From the NCBI GenBank assembly GCA_041906765.1, contig JAYRIP010000003.1:30760-94759 (forward strand): 64,000 nt of DNA, written 5' to 3'. Origin of the DNA: Candidatus Saccharimonadales bacterium (GTDB lineage Bacteria; Patescibacteriota; Saccharimonadia; Saccharimonadales; JAYRRP01). Within the stretch, counting starts at the first letter, position 1. Every line of letters begins with the position of its first letter. Positions 46,901 through 56,248 of this stretch are shown here, one piece after another. The translations under genes and the position numbers were made by a program. The notes below the pieces were generated by a model. It was not told the DNA's origin. It saw nothing but the letters and a program-made list of their open reading frames with translations, and did no database searches.

Positions 46901-48505
46901 ATGAGTCAAGATGCTCGGCTAGATGAAGAACGGGCCACTGAGCGGCGTGCCCGGCTCTTGCAGCTAAATTATATTGATACATCAAAAATTACGAACAAAA
47001 TAATCTATAAAAACCTTATATCAGTAACTGATCTTTATCAGTTTAAGGTAGTTCCTCTACAAGCCAGTGAGCACGCAATTACCTTTGGCGTGACGAATAC
47101 CACGTCACAACAAACTATGAAGGACGTCGGACAACGCTTTTTGGACCAACGGGTGAGTTTCGCGTTGATTTCAGATGTGGGTTATAGAGAATATATGCAC
47201 CTGTACGACCCACCCAAGCAAATAGTTTATCAAGATATTGAACTGACGACGGCTGGCACTAAAGAGCTTATAGAACAAGTTTCCACCACATTACGTCAAG
47301 TCCGGGCTGATGATATGCTTGGTTACTTGGTGCAGCAAGCACATAAGCTCTCCGCATCAGATATCCATTTGGAAAATCAGACCGATCATGTCCGTATACG
47401 TTTCCGGATAGACGGTGTACTTCATCCGGTCGCCCATTTAACTTATGAGAAATACCATATCCTGATCTCGGCGGTAGCAAGCGCTGCAAATGTTTCAACG
47501 AATGCCAGTGATCCACAACAAGGGCATATTCGGGAACACGTGAAAATGGCAGATGGCACCGAGGTGGATATTAACTTGCGCGTGGAAACCGTGCCTGCTA
47601 TAGGGGGTATGGACGTAGTGATGCGGCTTTTTAACTTAGAGCCCGAGATGTACACGCTAGATAAGCTCGGATTGTCTCCCAAAGAACGCGCCGTTGTCGA
47701 TGGAATAATCAAAAAACCAAGCGGTCTGGTCTTGGCAGTTGGCCCAACAGGTTCAGGAAAAACTACTACTTTATATTCCATCCTCAATACATTGAACAAC
47801 GAGGAGAGAAAGATCATCACCATCGAAGATCCAGTTGAGTTTCAGTTTAATGGCATAACCCAGATATCAGTTACTACTAAAACTGGGGAGGAGAGCCATT
47901 TCGCCGACAAGCTTCGGGCGGTGCTTCGCCTTGACCCTGATATTGTTATGGTAGGTGAGATTCGCGACCCTGACACTGCCAAGACTGCCCTGCAGGCTTC
48001 GCTGACCGGTCACCTGGTGCTGTCAACTTTCCACGCTGCTTCTGCGTCCGCAGCCTTAACGCGGCTTCTGGACATAATTGGCGAAAATCCTTTATTTTTG
48101 TCGGCGATACGATTAGTTATGGCACAACGGCTAGTGAGGAAATTGGATGACACAACCAAGCAACCATATGAACCATCAATGGCCGTACTGGAGAATATCC
48201 AAAGGGTTGTTGCCAGCCTGCCGCCTGGACTCCCAAAACCATCGCTCACTGGCTTGAAGCTGTATAAACCAGGTAGTTCACCGGATAACCCCTATGGCTA
48301 CATGGGGCAATTAGCGCTACGCGAGCAATTTTTAATGGGGCGGGATATGGTTGAGCTGCTACAAAAAGGTGGACAGAGACTATCTACTGCCGATATTGAG
48401 AATGCAGCTGTCCAGGGCGGCATGACCACTATGCTGCAAGACGGTATCTTAAAGGTGGTGGCTGGTCAAACGACACTGGAAGAAGTTTATCGAGTACTTG
48501 GCTGA
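46901..48505 (+). CDS. pilB: type IV pilus assembly ATPase (PilB/GspE family)
   Basis: Walker A GPTGSGKTTT, Walker B DPDIVMVGEIRD, His box GHLVLSTFHA. Start at ATG 46901 (TATACT 6 nt upstream). Confidence 0.88.
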   Translation: MSQDARLDEERATERRARLLQLNYIDTSKITNKIIYKNLISVTDLYQFKVVPLQASEHAITFGVTNTTSQQTMKDVGQRFLDQRVSFALISDVGYREYMHLYDPPKQIVYQDIELTTAGTKELIEQVSTTLRQVRADDMLGYLVQQAHKLSASDIHLENQTDHVRIRFRIDGVLHPVAHLTYEKYHILISAVASAANVSTNASDPQQGHIREHVKMADGTEVDINLRVETVPAIGGMDVVMRLFNLEPEMYTLDKLGLSPKERAVVDGIIKKPSGLVLAVGPTGSGKTTTLYSILNTLNNEERKIITIEDPVEFQFNGITQISVTTKTGEESHFADKLRAVLRLDPDIVMVGEIRDPDTAKTALQASLTGHLVLSTFHAASASAALTRLLDIIGENPLFLSAIRLVMAQRLVRKLDDTTKQPYEPSMAVLENIQRVVASLPPGLPKPSLTGLKLYKPGSSPDNPYGYMGQLALREQFLMGRDMVELLQKGGQRLSTADIENAAVQGGMTTMLQDGILKVVAGQTTLEEVYRVLG

Positions 48506-48523
48506 GACCCTCAGGCTTACTAT

Positions 48524-49657
48524 TCAGGTTATAACCCGAGCGATAGCAGGCACTAAACGGTCGTCCAGGACACTAGGGACAATGTGTGTTGCAGTTGGTA
48601 ATGGCACCAAGTTAGCAATGGCTTTGGCTGCCTTAATTTTATGTTGATCGGTTATGGAGCTTACTTTGTTGTCGAGCGCGCCACGAAATATACCAGGAAA
48701 TGCCAATGCATTATTCACCTGATTATCAAAGTCGCTGCGGCCGGTAGCAACAACGGCTGCCCCAGCTGCCTTAGCGACCTGGGGCATAATTTCCGGTTCG
48801 GGATTGGCCATGGCAAAAATTATCGGGTTTTTATCCATAGTTCTGACCATTTTTGCAGACAGCAAGCCGGCTTTGGACACACCGATAAACGTATCGGCAC
48901 CTTTTATGATATCTTCGAGCTTGCCGTCAATGTTGGACAAATTGGTAAATTTCAGCAACTTTTTCTTCTCGGCATTCAAATCTTTTCGATTAGCACTGAT
49001 TATTCCCTTACTATCGACGGCAAATATTCTGGGCTTGGCATAAAGGTGAAGTAGCTTGATAATAGCTGCGCCGGCAGCTCCGGCGCCGGCTACTACGATT
49101 TTTGCATCCGAAATGTTGCGATGGGTAACTTTCATGGCGTTGATCAACCCAGCCAGTACCACTACTGCCGTACCATGTTGGTCGTCGTGCATAACGGGAA
49201 TAGATAATTTTTTCTTTAAACGTGCCTCTACTTCGAAACACGTGGGAGCCGCAATATCTTCAAGGTTAATACCGCCGAAACTGGGGGCGATTGCTTCGAC
49301 GGCTGCCACAATATCATCCGGTGTATGTACGTCTAACACAATGGGTACTGCATCAATGCCAGCAAAGTGTTTGAAGAGCATCGCTTTGCCTTCCATGACA
49401 GGTAAGGCTGCTTGCGGGCCAATATTGCCTAACCCCAACACCGCCGAACCATCACTCACAATTGCTACACAATTGCCCGTCCATGTATAGCTTCGGGTTT
49501 CTTCGGGATGACTAGCCAGTCGATGGGAGACTGCGGCTACACCGGGCGTATAATAAGTGCTTAGTTTTTCCTGTGAATCGAGCGTATCTTTTAGGTTCAG
49601 AGAAATTTTACCAGCTAACTTTTTGTGTCTCTCGAGGGCCAATTTTGCATAGTTCAT
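48524..49657 (-). CDS. NAD(P)-dependent malic enzyme (short form)
   Basis: YTPGVA, INLEDIAAPTCFE and VVAGAGAAGAAI dinucleotide motifs, 377 aa. Confidence 0.9.
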   Translation of the reverse strand: MNYAKLALERHKKLAGKISLNLKDTLDSQEKLSTYYTPGVAAVSHRLASHPEETRSYTWTGNCVAIVSDGSAVLGLGNIGPQAALPVMEGKAMLFKHFAGIDAVPIVLDVHTPDDIVAAVEAIAPSFGGINLEDIAAPTCFEVEARLKKKLSIPVMHDDQHGTAVVVLAGLINAMKVTHRNISDAKIVVAGAGAAGAAIIKLLHLYAKPRIFAVDSKGIISANRKDLNAEKKKLLKFTNLSNIDGKLEDIIKGADTFIGVSKAGLLSAKMVRTMDKNPIIFAMANPEPEIMPQVAKAAGAAVVATGRSDFDNQVNNALAFPGIFRGALDNKVSSITDQHKIKAAKAIANLVPLPTATHIVPSVLDDRLVPAIARVIT

Positions 49658-49749
49658 TGCTCTATAGTACTGCTTTTAGTGCGAAATTGCTTTACAACAG
49701 CTGTGCCCGGGTTGCTAAATATCGTTAATTCATGTAAAGTTTACTCGTT

Positions 49750-50271
49750 ATGCAATCTGTTCTTGGGAAAATTGGCAATAATTATAAGAAGCCCGTTATT
49801 ACTGCTGTTCGTTCCGGTGACACTGTGCGTGTGCACCAGAAAATCAAAGAAGGTAATAAGGAACGCACACAGGTTTTTGAAGGTTTAGTGATACGGACTG
49901 CCAACATGAACAGCCAAACTGCGCGCATTACGGTCAGGAGAGTTGCCAGTGGGATCGGTGTTGAAAAATCATACCTTTTGCATTCACCTCTAGTATTAAA
50001 AGTAGAGGTGACAAAACGAAGTAAGGTTCGTCGTAACTACTTAAGCTATATGCGAAGCCGAACCGGCAAAGCAGCTCGGCTTTCGTCAGTGGCTTTTGAT
50101 CGGGATACGGTTAATGCGACAAATGTAGAAGCAGAGAGTAAATCGCCGAAAGACGAAAAAACCGAAAGCAAGGACATAGACAATACAGAACCTGCAAAAA
50201 CCGATGAAAATAAGAAATCAGATCAAGATCAAACATCCGAAAAGATACAAGAAAAAGACGCTAAAAAATAA
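49750..50271 (+). CDS. rplS: 50S ribosomal protein L19 with a charged C-terminal extension
   Basis: GDTVRVH.KI.EG.KER.Q.FEG.VI and GIGVEKSYLLHSP. About 55 extra K/D/E/S-rich residues at the C-terminus. Confidence 0.92.
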   Translation: MQSVLGKIGNNYKKPVITAVRSGDTVRVHQKIKEGNKERTQVFEGLVIRTANMNSQTARITVRRVASGIGVEKSYLLHSPLVLKVEVTKRSKVRRNYLSYMRSRTGKAARLSSVAFDRDTVNATNVEAESKSPKDEKTESKDIDNTEPAKTDENKKSDQDQTSEKIQEKDAKK

Positions 50272-50329
50272 ATCCGATCAACCCGGCGCATACCTCGTAG
50301 CCGGTTAGTCTGGTTATATATATTTTATT

Positions 50330-50668
50330 TTATGTATTTTGTTGGTTCTTAGTTTTGATGCGCCGAAAGGCTTCGTCCTGTAAATGGTTCACAATCAGGT
50401 CGTCCGCGAAAGCTTCGTCTTGCCACTCTTTTGCACCCTGCCAAAGATCGACCCGGGTCTGCTCATAGATTGCGTACTCTAAGTGAGAGGCGTCATCCTC
50501 ATCAAATGATTGTTCCAAGAGTGTTGGCATGACAGCGTCCCTTAAGTAAATCAGCGTTTCATCTTGCCAGTAACGGTAGCAAATCTGAGCACTTAATGAG
50601 TTTTCGAAATATTCATTTGGGACTTGTGCCGGCAATATGCTCGGCTCATTTTCATGAGATAATTCCAT
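50330..50668 (-). CDS. hypothetical acidic protein (112 aa)
   Basis: ORF only. D/E/W-rich, no motif recognised. Confidence 0.45.
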   Translation of the reverse strand: MELSHENEPSILPAQVPNEYFENSLSAQICYRYWQDETLIYLRDAVMPTLLEQSFDEDDASHLEYAIYEQTRVDLWQGAKEWQDEAFADDLIVNHLQDEAFRRIKTKNQQNT

Positions 50669-50724
50669 CTGACACCTCCTAGCCTGTATTTTACCACGAA
50701 GGCTTTTGATGGTTTACTAATGCT

Positions 50725-51294
50725 ATGGTAATCGGTGTGGACGAGGCTGGTAGAGGGTGCTGGGCGGGGCCACTGGTGGCCGCAGCTGTCATGTTACATG
50801 AGCCTATAAAAGGCCTAGAAGATTCTAAGGCCTTATCTGAGGCAAGACGTCTTGCCTGCGCTGAGCAGATTAGTGAGAATGGCATGGGGGCATTAGGATG
50901 GGTAAGTGCATCAGAAATCGATCGACTTGGTATGACCAAAGCAGTGCGTTTAGCAATGCGTCGCGCGGTGAACGGCTTGTTGAAAGAAGTAAACGGTTAT
51001 CAACAAATTATAGTTGATGGACCATTTAATTTTCTATCTGAACTACCCCGTACGTCGGCTATTATCCGGGCGGACAGTTTGGTGCCTTGCGTTAGCGCTG
51101 CAGGAATAATGGCGAAAGTGAACCGCGATACTTATATGCGACGTTTAGCAACCCGCTTTCCGGCGTATGGTTTTGAAAAACATGTGGGATATGGCACTTC
51201 CTTGCACCGGCAGATGCTTGAGGTCCATGGACCTACCCCGTATCACCGGCGTTCCTTTAAGCCTATAATTCAGATAACTTCTAATTTGACATGA
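50725..51294 (+). CDS. rnhB: ribonuclease HII
   Basis: N-terminal GVDEAGRGCWAGPLV and later DSK motif. Confidence 0.92.
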   Translation: MVIGVDEAGRGCWAGPLVAAAVMLHEPIKGLEDSKALSEARRLACAEQISENGMGALGWVSASEIDRLGMTKAVRLAMRRAVNGLLKEVNGYQQIIVDGPFNFLSELPRTSAIIRADSLVPCVSAAGIMAKVNRDTYMRRLATRFPAYGFEKHVGYGTSLHRQMLEVHGPTPYHRRSFKPIIQITSNLT

Positions 51295-51632
51295 CTACTT
51301 ATTCAACCGGACAAGCGGCAGAAAAAGCGGTAGCAGAGTTTTTACGGAAACAGCACTTCTATATCTTGGCACACAACTGGCGGACATCTGTGTGTGAGAT
51401 TGATCTTGTCGTTAGAAAGAAAAAAACAATATATTTTGTAGAGGTGAAGTATCGCAAAACACCTACACAGGGCACGGGTTTTGACTATATAACCCCACGC
51501 AAACTACAACGTATGCGTTTTGCTGGTGAAATGTGGATAGCCCAGCACGATTGGCAAGATAACTGGAGCTTGGCTGCTGCAGAGGTGTCAGGTCCGGATC
51601 TTCACGTAACGTTCATTGATTCAGTGACGTAA
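51291..51632 (+). CDS. yraN: YraN-family (UPF0102) endonuclease-like protein
   Basis: GQAAEKAVAEFL...CEIDLV...FVEVKYR pattern. ATGA overlap with rnhB. Confidence 0.85.
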   Translation: MTTYSTGQAAEKAVAEFLRKQHFYILAHNWRTSVCEIDLVVRKKKTIYFVEVKYRKTPTQGTGFDYITPRKLQRMRFAGEMWIAQHDWQDNWSLAAAEVSGPDLHVTFIDSVT

Positions 51633-54201
51633 GTTCGAAAAACTTTTTGACCTCTTTTTGGTCGCGGTTTCGCCAGGCGACTTGCCATTGGAGTATTTCG
51701 AGTCCTTGTTTATAAGGACGCTCCAGCGCCGGATTTAAGCGATTTGCAAAAAAATCTTTGTAAAGACTAATAAAATGACTGGTTGAAAATACTCGGGCGG
51801 CGTATAGGGGCATTCGGTAAAAGCTTAAATCATTTCCTAGGTTTGTCTCAAGCCAATGCCAATGTGTAGTCAGCCATTCCCATGTCTGCAAGCGAGCGTG
51901 ACGGTTCATAAAACTGTAGGCAATCCAGTATGCAACGTCTTGCAAGCGAACGTGAGGAGAATCTATAAGCTCAAGGGCCTGTTGAATCAGAGCCGGTTGT
52001 CGGAAACTTGTCAGGGCGGCGGCTAGAGTAGTGCGTTCTTCGCTGAGGGTCGCATGATCGTATAGCTTTCGCAACTGCTGGAAGGTAGCCTCATTGCCAT
52101 GCCTGGCAACACTGCAAAAAACAATACCTCGTAAGTCGGGGTCAATAGCTATCTGTTTAGAAGCATTGGCGGCACTTACTGCTTGTGCAAACAGAGCGCT
52201 AGCATACTGGATGATGGCTGGGTCGTCCGCTCCTGCTGCCAAGCTTAAGATGGTTGGCCGCAGAAGGCGGTCAAAGTGTGATTCGTGCGTCTTTTGGTTC
52301 CAGCCCAAACGTTGTAGTTGCGAATGTATAAGCTGAAGCGTGAATGGCTTCATTAACTCTCTGATATTTTGGTAGTCCCCCATGGCTACTCTAATTGAAG
52401 CTATTGCACCGGAAATGACGTCCCAGACGGTATAATTTGCTTCACTGTGAAAATATTTCAGTAAGTGTAGTGCTTCTGCGGTGTCGGTAAAGCCTGCCTT
52501 TGCTGTTTCAAAAGCGTCACTTAATATCCCCAGTCGGTCGAGCGGTGAAAAGTGACCTCGTTGTATTTGCTTACCGAAGTGTTCGAGTTGCGTCGCATTA
52601 TAGGCTACCCTGTAAAAACCGCTCTGATCTTTATTGAGTTTCAACGGTTGTGCAGTGTGAGCGACAAAGTCTTTCTCAGCTTGGTTGAAAATGTTTGGTA
52701 TTGCAGAGATATCTGTTAGTAATGGTATTGGCCAATGTACGGTGGGCAAATCGGTGTGCCCAGGATTAATGAAGAATCGTTGTTGGCGAAGTTGGAGGTG
52801 ACTGTTCTCGATTTTGGCTTGTAAGAGAGGAAACCCTGGCTGGCTGGTCCAGGCATGCATGATATTAACCACGGGCTTTAACGAAATTGCTTCTAATGCT
52901 TGCCAGAGATCCTCAGTGCGTGCACTACCATACGCATGTTTTTTTAGGTAGTACCGCAATCCTTCACGAAAGTCGTGCGGCCCTAAATAGTGGTATAGCA
53001 TATGTATAACGCTGGCGCCTTTGCTATAACTGATAGTATCGAAAATAGTCCGTATCTCATCAGGGTGACTAACTTGTACTTCAACCGGATGGGTATGTTC
53101 TAGCGCGTCTAGCTTTAGACCCTGTTGTTGCTCATCGACAATAAACTGTGTCCACATTTGCCAGTCAGGGAATAATTTATCTACTGCCAAATACTCTATC
53201 CAACTAGCAAAGCCTTCGTTGAGCCATAGGTCAGTCCACCACTGCATAGTGACAAGATTGCCAAACCACTGGTGGGCTAACTCGTGTGCAACCACCATGG
53301 CCACGTACTGTTTTGTTGCCAGAGTGGTGTTTTGTGGATCAACCAGCATCGTTTGTTCACGGAAAGTGATGCATCCCCAATTTTCCATAGCTCCAGAAGC
53401 AAAATCGGGCAGTGCGACAAGGTCACATTTTGGCAAAGGGTAATCGATTGCAAAATAGCTATCAAAAAAATCTAGGCATTGCACGGCAACGTCTAAGGCA
53501 AATTGGGTGAATTTTTCATTGCCGGGCGTGGCATAAGTGTGCACCTTCACACCCTTTTTCGTTTGAGACTCAAGGTACTTCATTTCCCCTATGACGAATG
53601 CCAACAAATAAGATGACATCCGTGGCGTAGTGGCAAACTCAGTTTGCACCAGTTTACCTTGTTGACGAGAGGAGAGGATGGGTGTATTTGCAATCGCAGT
53701 CAGGCCCTTTGGGTGAGTCAACTTTAGATCAAATGTGGCTTTGGATTCTGGCTCGTCGATGCAAGGGAATACTTCACGTGCATGGTGGCTTTCAAATTGT
53801 GTGGCAATAAGTTTTTTTTGTTTATTCTGATGAGTAAAGAAACAGGGATATATACCGTTCATCTGCTGGGTGATTTTTCCCTTGAACTGCATAGTTACCG
53901 TAAAGAGTCCCGGAGCGAGAGGGGTAGCGGTGTGAAGGCGAACTTCGTCCAGACTTCGATGCTGATTAATACGGTCAATTACTACCTCTTGGTCGCCGGA
54001 TTTGAGATGAGCAATAACGTGTGCCTTAGTGACGGATAAACCCTTTTGATGAAAAGTAATGCGTTGACTTGGGCGTTGTTTTTTAATGCCACTTATGATC
54101 ACAGTGCCCACGAAAGTCATCGACTCAGGATTGACTCGTAATTCCAGAATATAATGGCGTGGTTCGAACTGTGCGTGTAAGCGTCTTACCTTTTTTCCCA
54201 T
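51613..54201 (-). CDS. pepN: M1-family aminopeptidase N
   Basis: GAMENWG exopeptidase motif and HELAHQWFGNLVT...WLNEGFA zinc site. Confidence 0.93.
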   Translation of the reverse strand: MGKKVRRLHAQFEPRHYILELRVNPESMTFVGTVIISGIKKQRPSQRITFHQKGLSVTKAHVIAHLKSGDQEVVIDRINQHRSLDEVRLHTATPLAPGLFTVTMQFKGKITQQMNGIYPCFFTHQNKQKKLIATQFESHHAREVFPCIDEPESKATFDLKLTHPKGLTAIANTPILSSRQQGKLVQTEFATTPRMSSYLLAFVIGEMKYLESQTKKGVKVHTYATPGNEKFTQFALDVAVQCLDFFDSYFAIDYPLPKCDLVALPDFASGAMENWGCITFREQTMLVDPQNTTLATKQYVAMVVAHELAHQWFGNLVTMQWWTDLWLNEGFASWIEYLAVDKLFPDWQMWTQFIVDEQQQGLKLDALEHTHPVEVQVSHPDEIRTIFDTISYSKGASVIHMLYHYLGPHDFREGLRYYLKKHAYGSARTEDLWQALEAISLKPVVNIMHAWTSQPGFPLLQAKIENSHLQLRQQRFFINPGHTDLPTVHWPIPLLTDISAIPNIFNQAEKDFVAHTAQPLKLNKDQSGFYRVAYNATQLEHFGKQIQRGHFSPLDRLGILSDAFETAKAGFTDTAEALHLLKYFHSEANYTVWDVISGAIASIRVAMGDYQNIRELMKPFTLQLIHSQLQRLGWNQKTHESHFDRLLRPTILSLAAGADDPAIIQYASALFAQAVSAANASKQIAIDPDLRGIVFCSVARHGNEATFQQLRKLYDHATLSEERTTLAAALTSFRQPALIQQALELIDSPHVRLQDVAYWIAYSFMNRHARLQTWEWLTTHWHWLETNLGNDLSFYRMPLYAARVFSTSHFISLYKDFFANRLNPALERPYKQGLEILQWQVAWRNRDQKEVKKFFELTSLNQ

Positions 54202-54237
54202 GAACTCAATTCTAGCATGGTCAAATGTCTCTCGTAA

Positions 54238-54266
54238 TTGACAATACAGCGGTTACTTGCTACACT
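54238..54266 (+). promoter_or_regulatory. sigma70-type promoter upstream of nusA (TTGACA-17 nt-TACACT with TG extension)
   Basis: TTGACA 54238-54243, 17-nt spacer, TGCTACACT 54258-54266. Confidence 0.6.
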
Positions 54267-54292
54267 TATTGTGGTTTTAATAAGGAAGTTTG

Positions 54293-54320
54293 ATCCGGCC
54301 AGCTAAGGTCGGATTTTTTC
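54293..54320 (+). terminator. intrinsic terminator/attenuator in the nusA leader
   Basis: ATCCGGCC-agctaa-GGTCGGAT (8 bp including one G-U) followed by TTTTTTC, about 30 nt before the nusA ATG. Confidence 0.55.
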
Positions 54321-54350
54321 ATGATTATCCATAAACAGAAAGGTGAAGTT

Positions 54351-55514
54351 ATGGAATTTGATATGAAGCAACTGGCAACAGCCGTAAAAGTTATTGCCGA
54401 GGAAAAGAATTTACCTGAGTCTACGGTACAGGAGATTGTAGAGCAAGCCTTGGCAGCTGCTTATCGTCGTGATTACGGTGAGAGAGAACAAGAGGTGCGA
54501 GTGACTATGAACCTGAATACTGGCGACGTTGACGCTTACGTAGAAAAGGAGATAGTTGCTACTGTGCAAGACCCCCATTCAGAGATTAGTGTGGCCCAAG
54601 CTCAGACTATCAAGAAAAATGCCAAAGTTGGTGAGACCCTCGAAATTCACGAAAAAGTTGAAGAATTTGGCCGCGTTGCAGCTCAGACAGCTAAACAGGT
54701 GATCCTGCAACGATTACGTGAAGCTGAACGCGAAATTGTGGTGGCCGAATTTGCAGATAAAATTGGTATGGTCGTCAACGGCATTGTTTCTAGAGTTGAA
54801 GGGAATATTGTCCGCATCGATCTCGGTAAAGCACAAGGTATTATGCCGAAAAATGATCAAATACAAGGTGAGCGATACTATCCAGGACAACGCCTCAAAG
54901 TGTATCTTAAGGACATTGAACGAGGATTTCGGGGTCCGCAACTGGTAGTAAGCCGTGGTAATACACCGTTTATTGAATGGCTTTTCAGGGCCGAAGTACC
55001 AGAAATGGAAAATGGGGCGGTGGAAATAAAGGAGATCTCTCGCGAGGCGGGAGTAAGGACAAAAATAGCGGTGCATAGTACGGTGCCCGGTGTTGATCCA
55101 GTGGGCACCTTTGTCGGTGGTCACGGGACACGAGTTAATGCAGTAGTAAGCGAAATCGGCGAACAGGAAAAAATAGATATTGTCATCTGGGATGATAATC
55201 CTGTTACCTACATTACAAATGCGTTGAGCCCCACCAAAGTCATTAACGTAAGTTTGGACGAGAGTAACCAGAAAGCAATCGTTACCGTGCCAGACGATCA
55301 GCTTAGTATTGCGATTGGAAAGAGCGGTCAAAACGTTCGCCTGGCAAGCAAGCTGACGGGTTATGAGATAGATATAGAAGCCGAGAACGAGGCTGCTCGC
55401 CGGAAAAAGGAAGAGAAGCCAAGTACCACCAAGACAAAGCCAGCCGGCAAACTGAAAAAGAAAGAACAACTAGAAAGCAGTCTGCTCGAAGCAATCGAAG
55501 AACACGGCGAATAA
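54351..55514 (+). CDS. nusA: transcription termination/antitermination factor NusA
   Basis: N-terminal domain, S1 (GIVSRVEGNIVRIDLG) and two KH domains (GKSGQNVRLASKLTGYEIDI). AGGTG SD before ATG 54351. Lys-rich tail, no AR repeats. Confidence 0.92.
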   Translation: MEFDMKQLATAVKVIAEEKNLPESTVQEIVEQALAAAYRRDYGEREQEVRVTMNLNTGDVDAYVEKEIVATVQDPHSEISVAQAQTIKKNAKVGETLEIHEKVEEFGRVAAQTAKQVILQRLREAEREIVVAEFADKIGMVVNGIVSRVEGNIVRIDLGKAQGIMPKNDQIQGERYYPGQRLKVYLKDIERGFRGPQLVVSRGNTPFIEWLFRAEVPEMENGAVEIKEISREAGVRTKIAVHSTVPGVDPVGTFVGGHGTRVNAVVSEIGEQEKIDIVIWDDNPVTYITNALSPTKVINVSLDESNQKAIVTVPDDQLSIAIGKSGQNVRLASKLTGYEIDIEAENEAARRKKEEKPSTTKTKPAGKLKKKEQLESSLLEAIEEHGE

Positions 55515-55615
55515 ATTCGCGTCTCCTGCATTTGGGGGTGCAACTTCACACTTGTAATGGGGTGTATAATAGAGAAGTAGTTTTAAATTAAACACAAAAT
55601 TTTGGCGGTTCAGCC

Positions 55616-56161
55616 ATGCTTGCACAGAAGCAAATACCTCAACTACAAAGACTGGAACTATTAAAAGGGTACGTTGGCGGTGAGCAGGCCGAGAAAATTG
55701 GTCAACAGGCAATCTTGCTGCACATGCTCACAGAAGAGAGCATTGACCACAAACTGCACTCTGTTGAAAACCCGATTATGGCGGTACATCTGGGTCGCAT
55801 TGCTGCCGAAGCAGCCGCTGGTTATTTTAAGATAGAACAAGAAGATCTTCAGGATCTTTTTGCGTTCCATGAACAAGTGGCGGAAGACGGTCATAAGACG
55901 GATTTATTGTCAGTTCGGGTTTTGCATGCTGGTGGTGACCATTCCTTAAGCGAACGTTCGCCCGGTACTCATATTACGTTGAATTGTTTCGAACAGAGCA
56001 ATCTATTAGTCCAAGAATCGCCCCGTGAGCCGTTTGTGTATATTGATAGCTTAGAGCCGGGGGACGCCTACATTACTTATGATCCAGTATGGAATAAGCC
56101 TATTACTCATCTGCAAAACATGTCAGATATCCAGGAAAATGTCTCCATAACCTTGCACTAG
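55616..56161 (+). CDS. hypothetical protein (181 aa)
   Basis: Clean ORF, soluble, no motif recognised. TGTATAAT-like -10 box about 50 nt upstream. Confidence 0.5.
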   Translation: MLAQKQIPQLQRLELLKGYVGGEQAEKIGQQAILLHMLTEESIDHKLHSVENPIMAVHLGRIAAEAAAGYFKIEQEDLQDLFAFHEQVAEDGHKTDLLSVRVLHAGGDHSLSERSPGTHITLNCFEQSNLLVQESPREPFVYIDSLEPGDAYITYDPVWNKPITHLQNMSDIQENVSITLH

Positions 56162-56178
56162 GCTGTAATTTAGCACTC

Positions 56179-56206
56179 TTGACTCGTGAGTGCCAGTTGG
56201 TATGAT
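56179..56206 (+). promoter_or_regulatory. sigma70-type promoter of clpC (TTGACT-16 nt-TATGAT)
   Basis: Hexamers read directly from the sequence. Its position excludes the GTG 56186 start. Confidence 0.5.
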
Positions 56207-56248
56207 AGTTATGGCGGTTTTAAATGCCCGTTAGGAAGTAATGAAGCA

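Noticed and set aside
54321-54350. nusA start at ATG 54321
   Set aside because: That ATG directly abuts the terminator U tract and has no SD. ATG 54351 has an AGGTG SD and gives an N-terminus of normal NusA length. The upstream in-frame codons could at most form part of a leader.
54714-55469. 251-aa ORF antisense to nusA
   Set aside because: This is a shadow ORF on the opposite strand of a gene with unambiguous NusA domains. It has low-complexity composition and no start context.
56186-56248. clpC start at GTG 56186
   Set aside because: That codon lies between the -35 and -10 hexamers of the likely clpC promoter (56179-56206). ATG 56249 has an AGGAAG SD at proper spacing.
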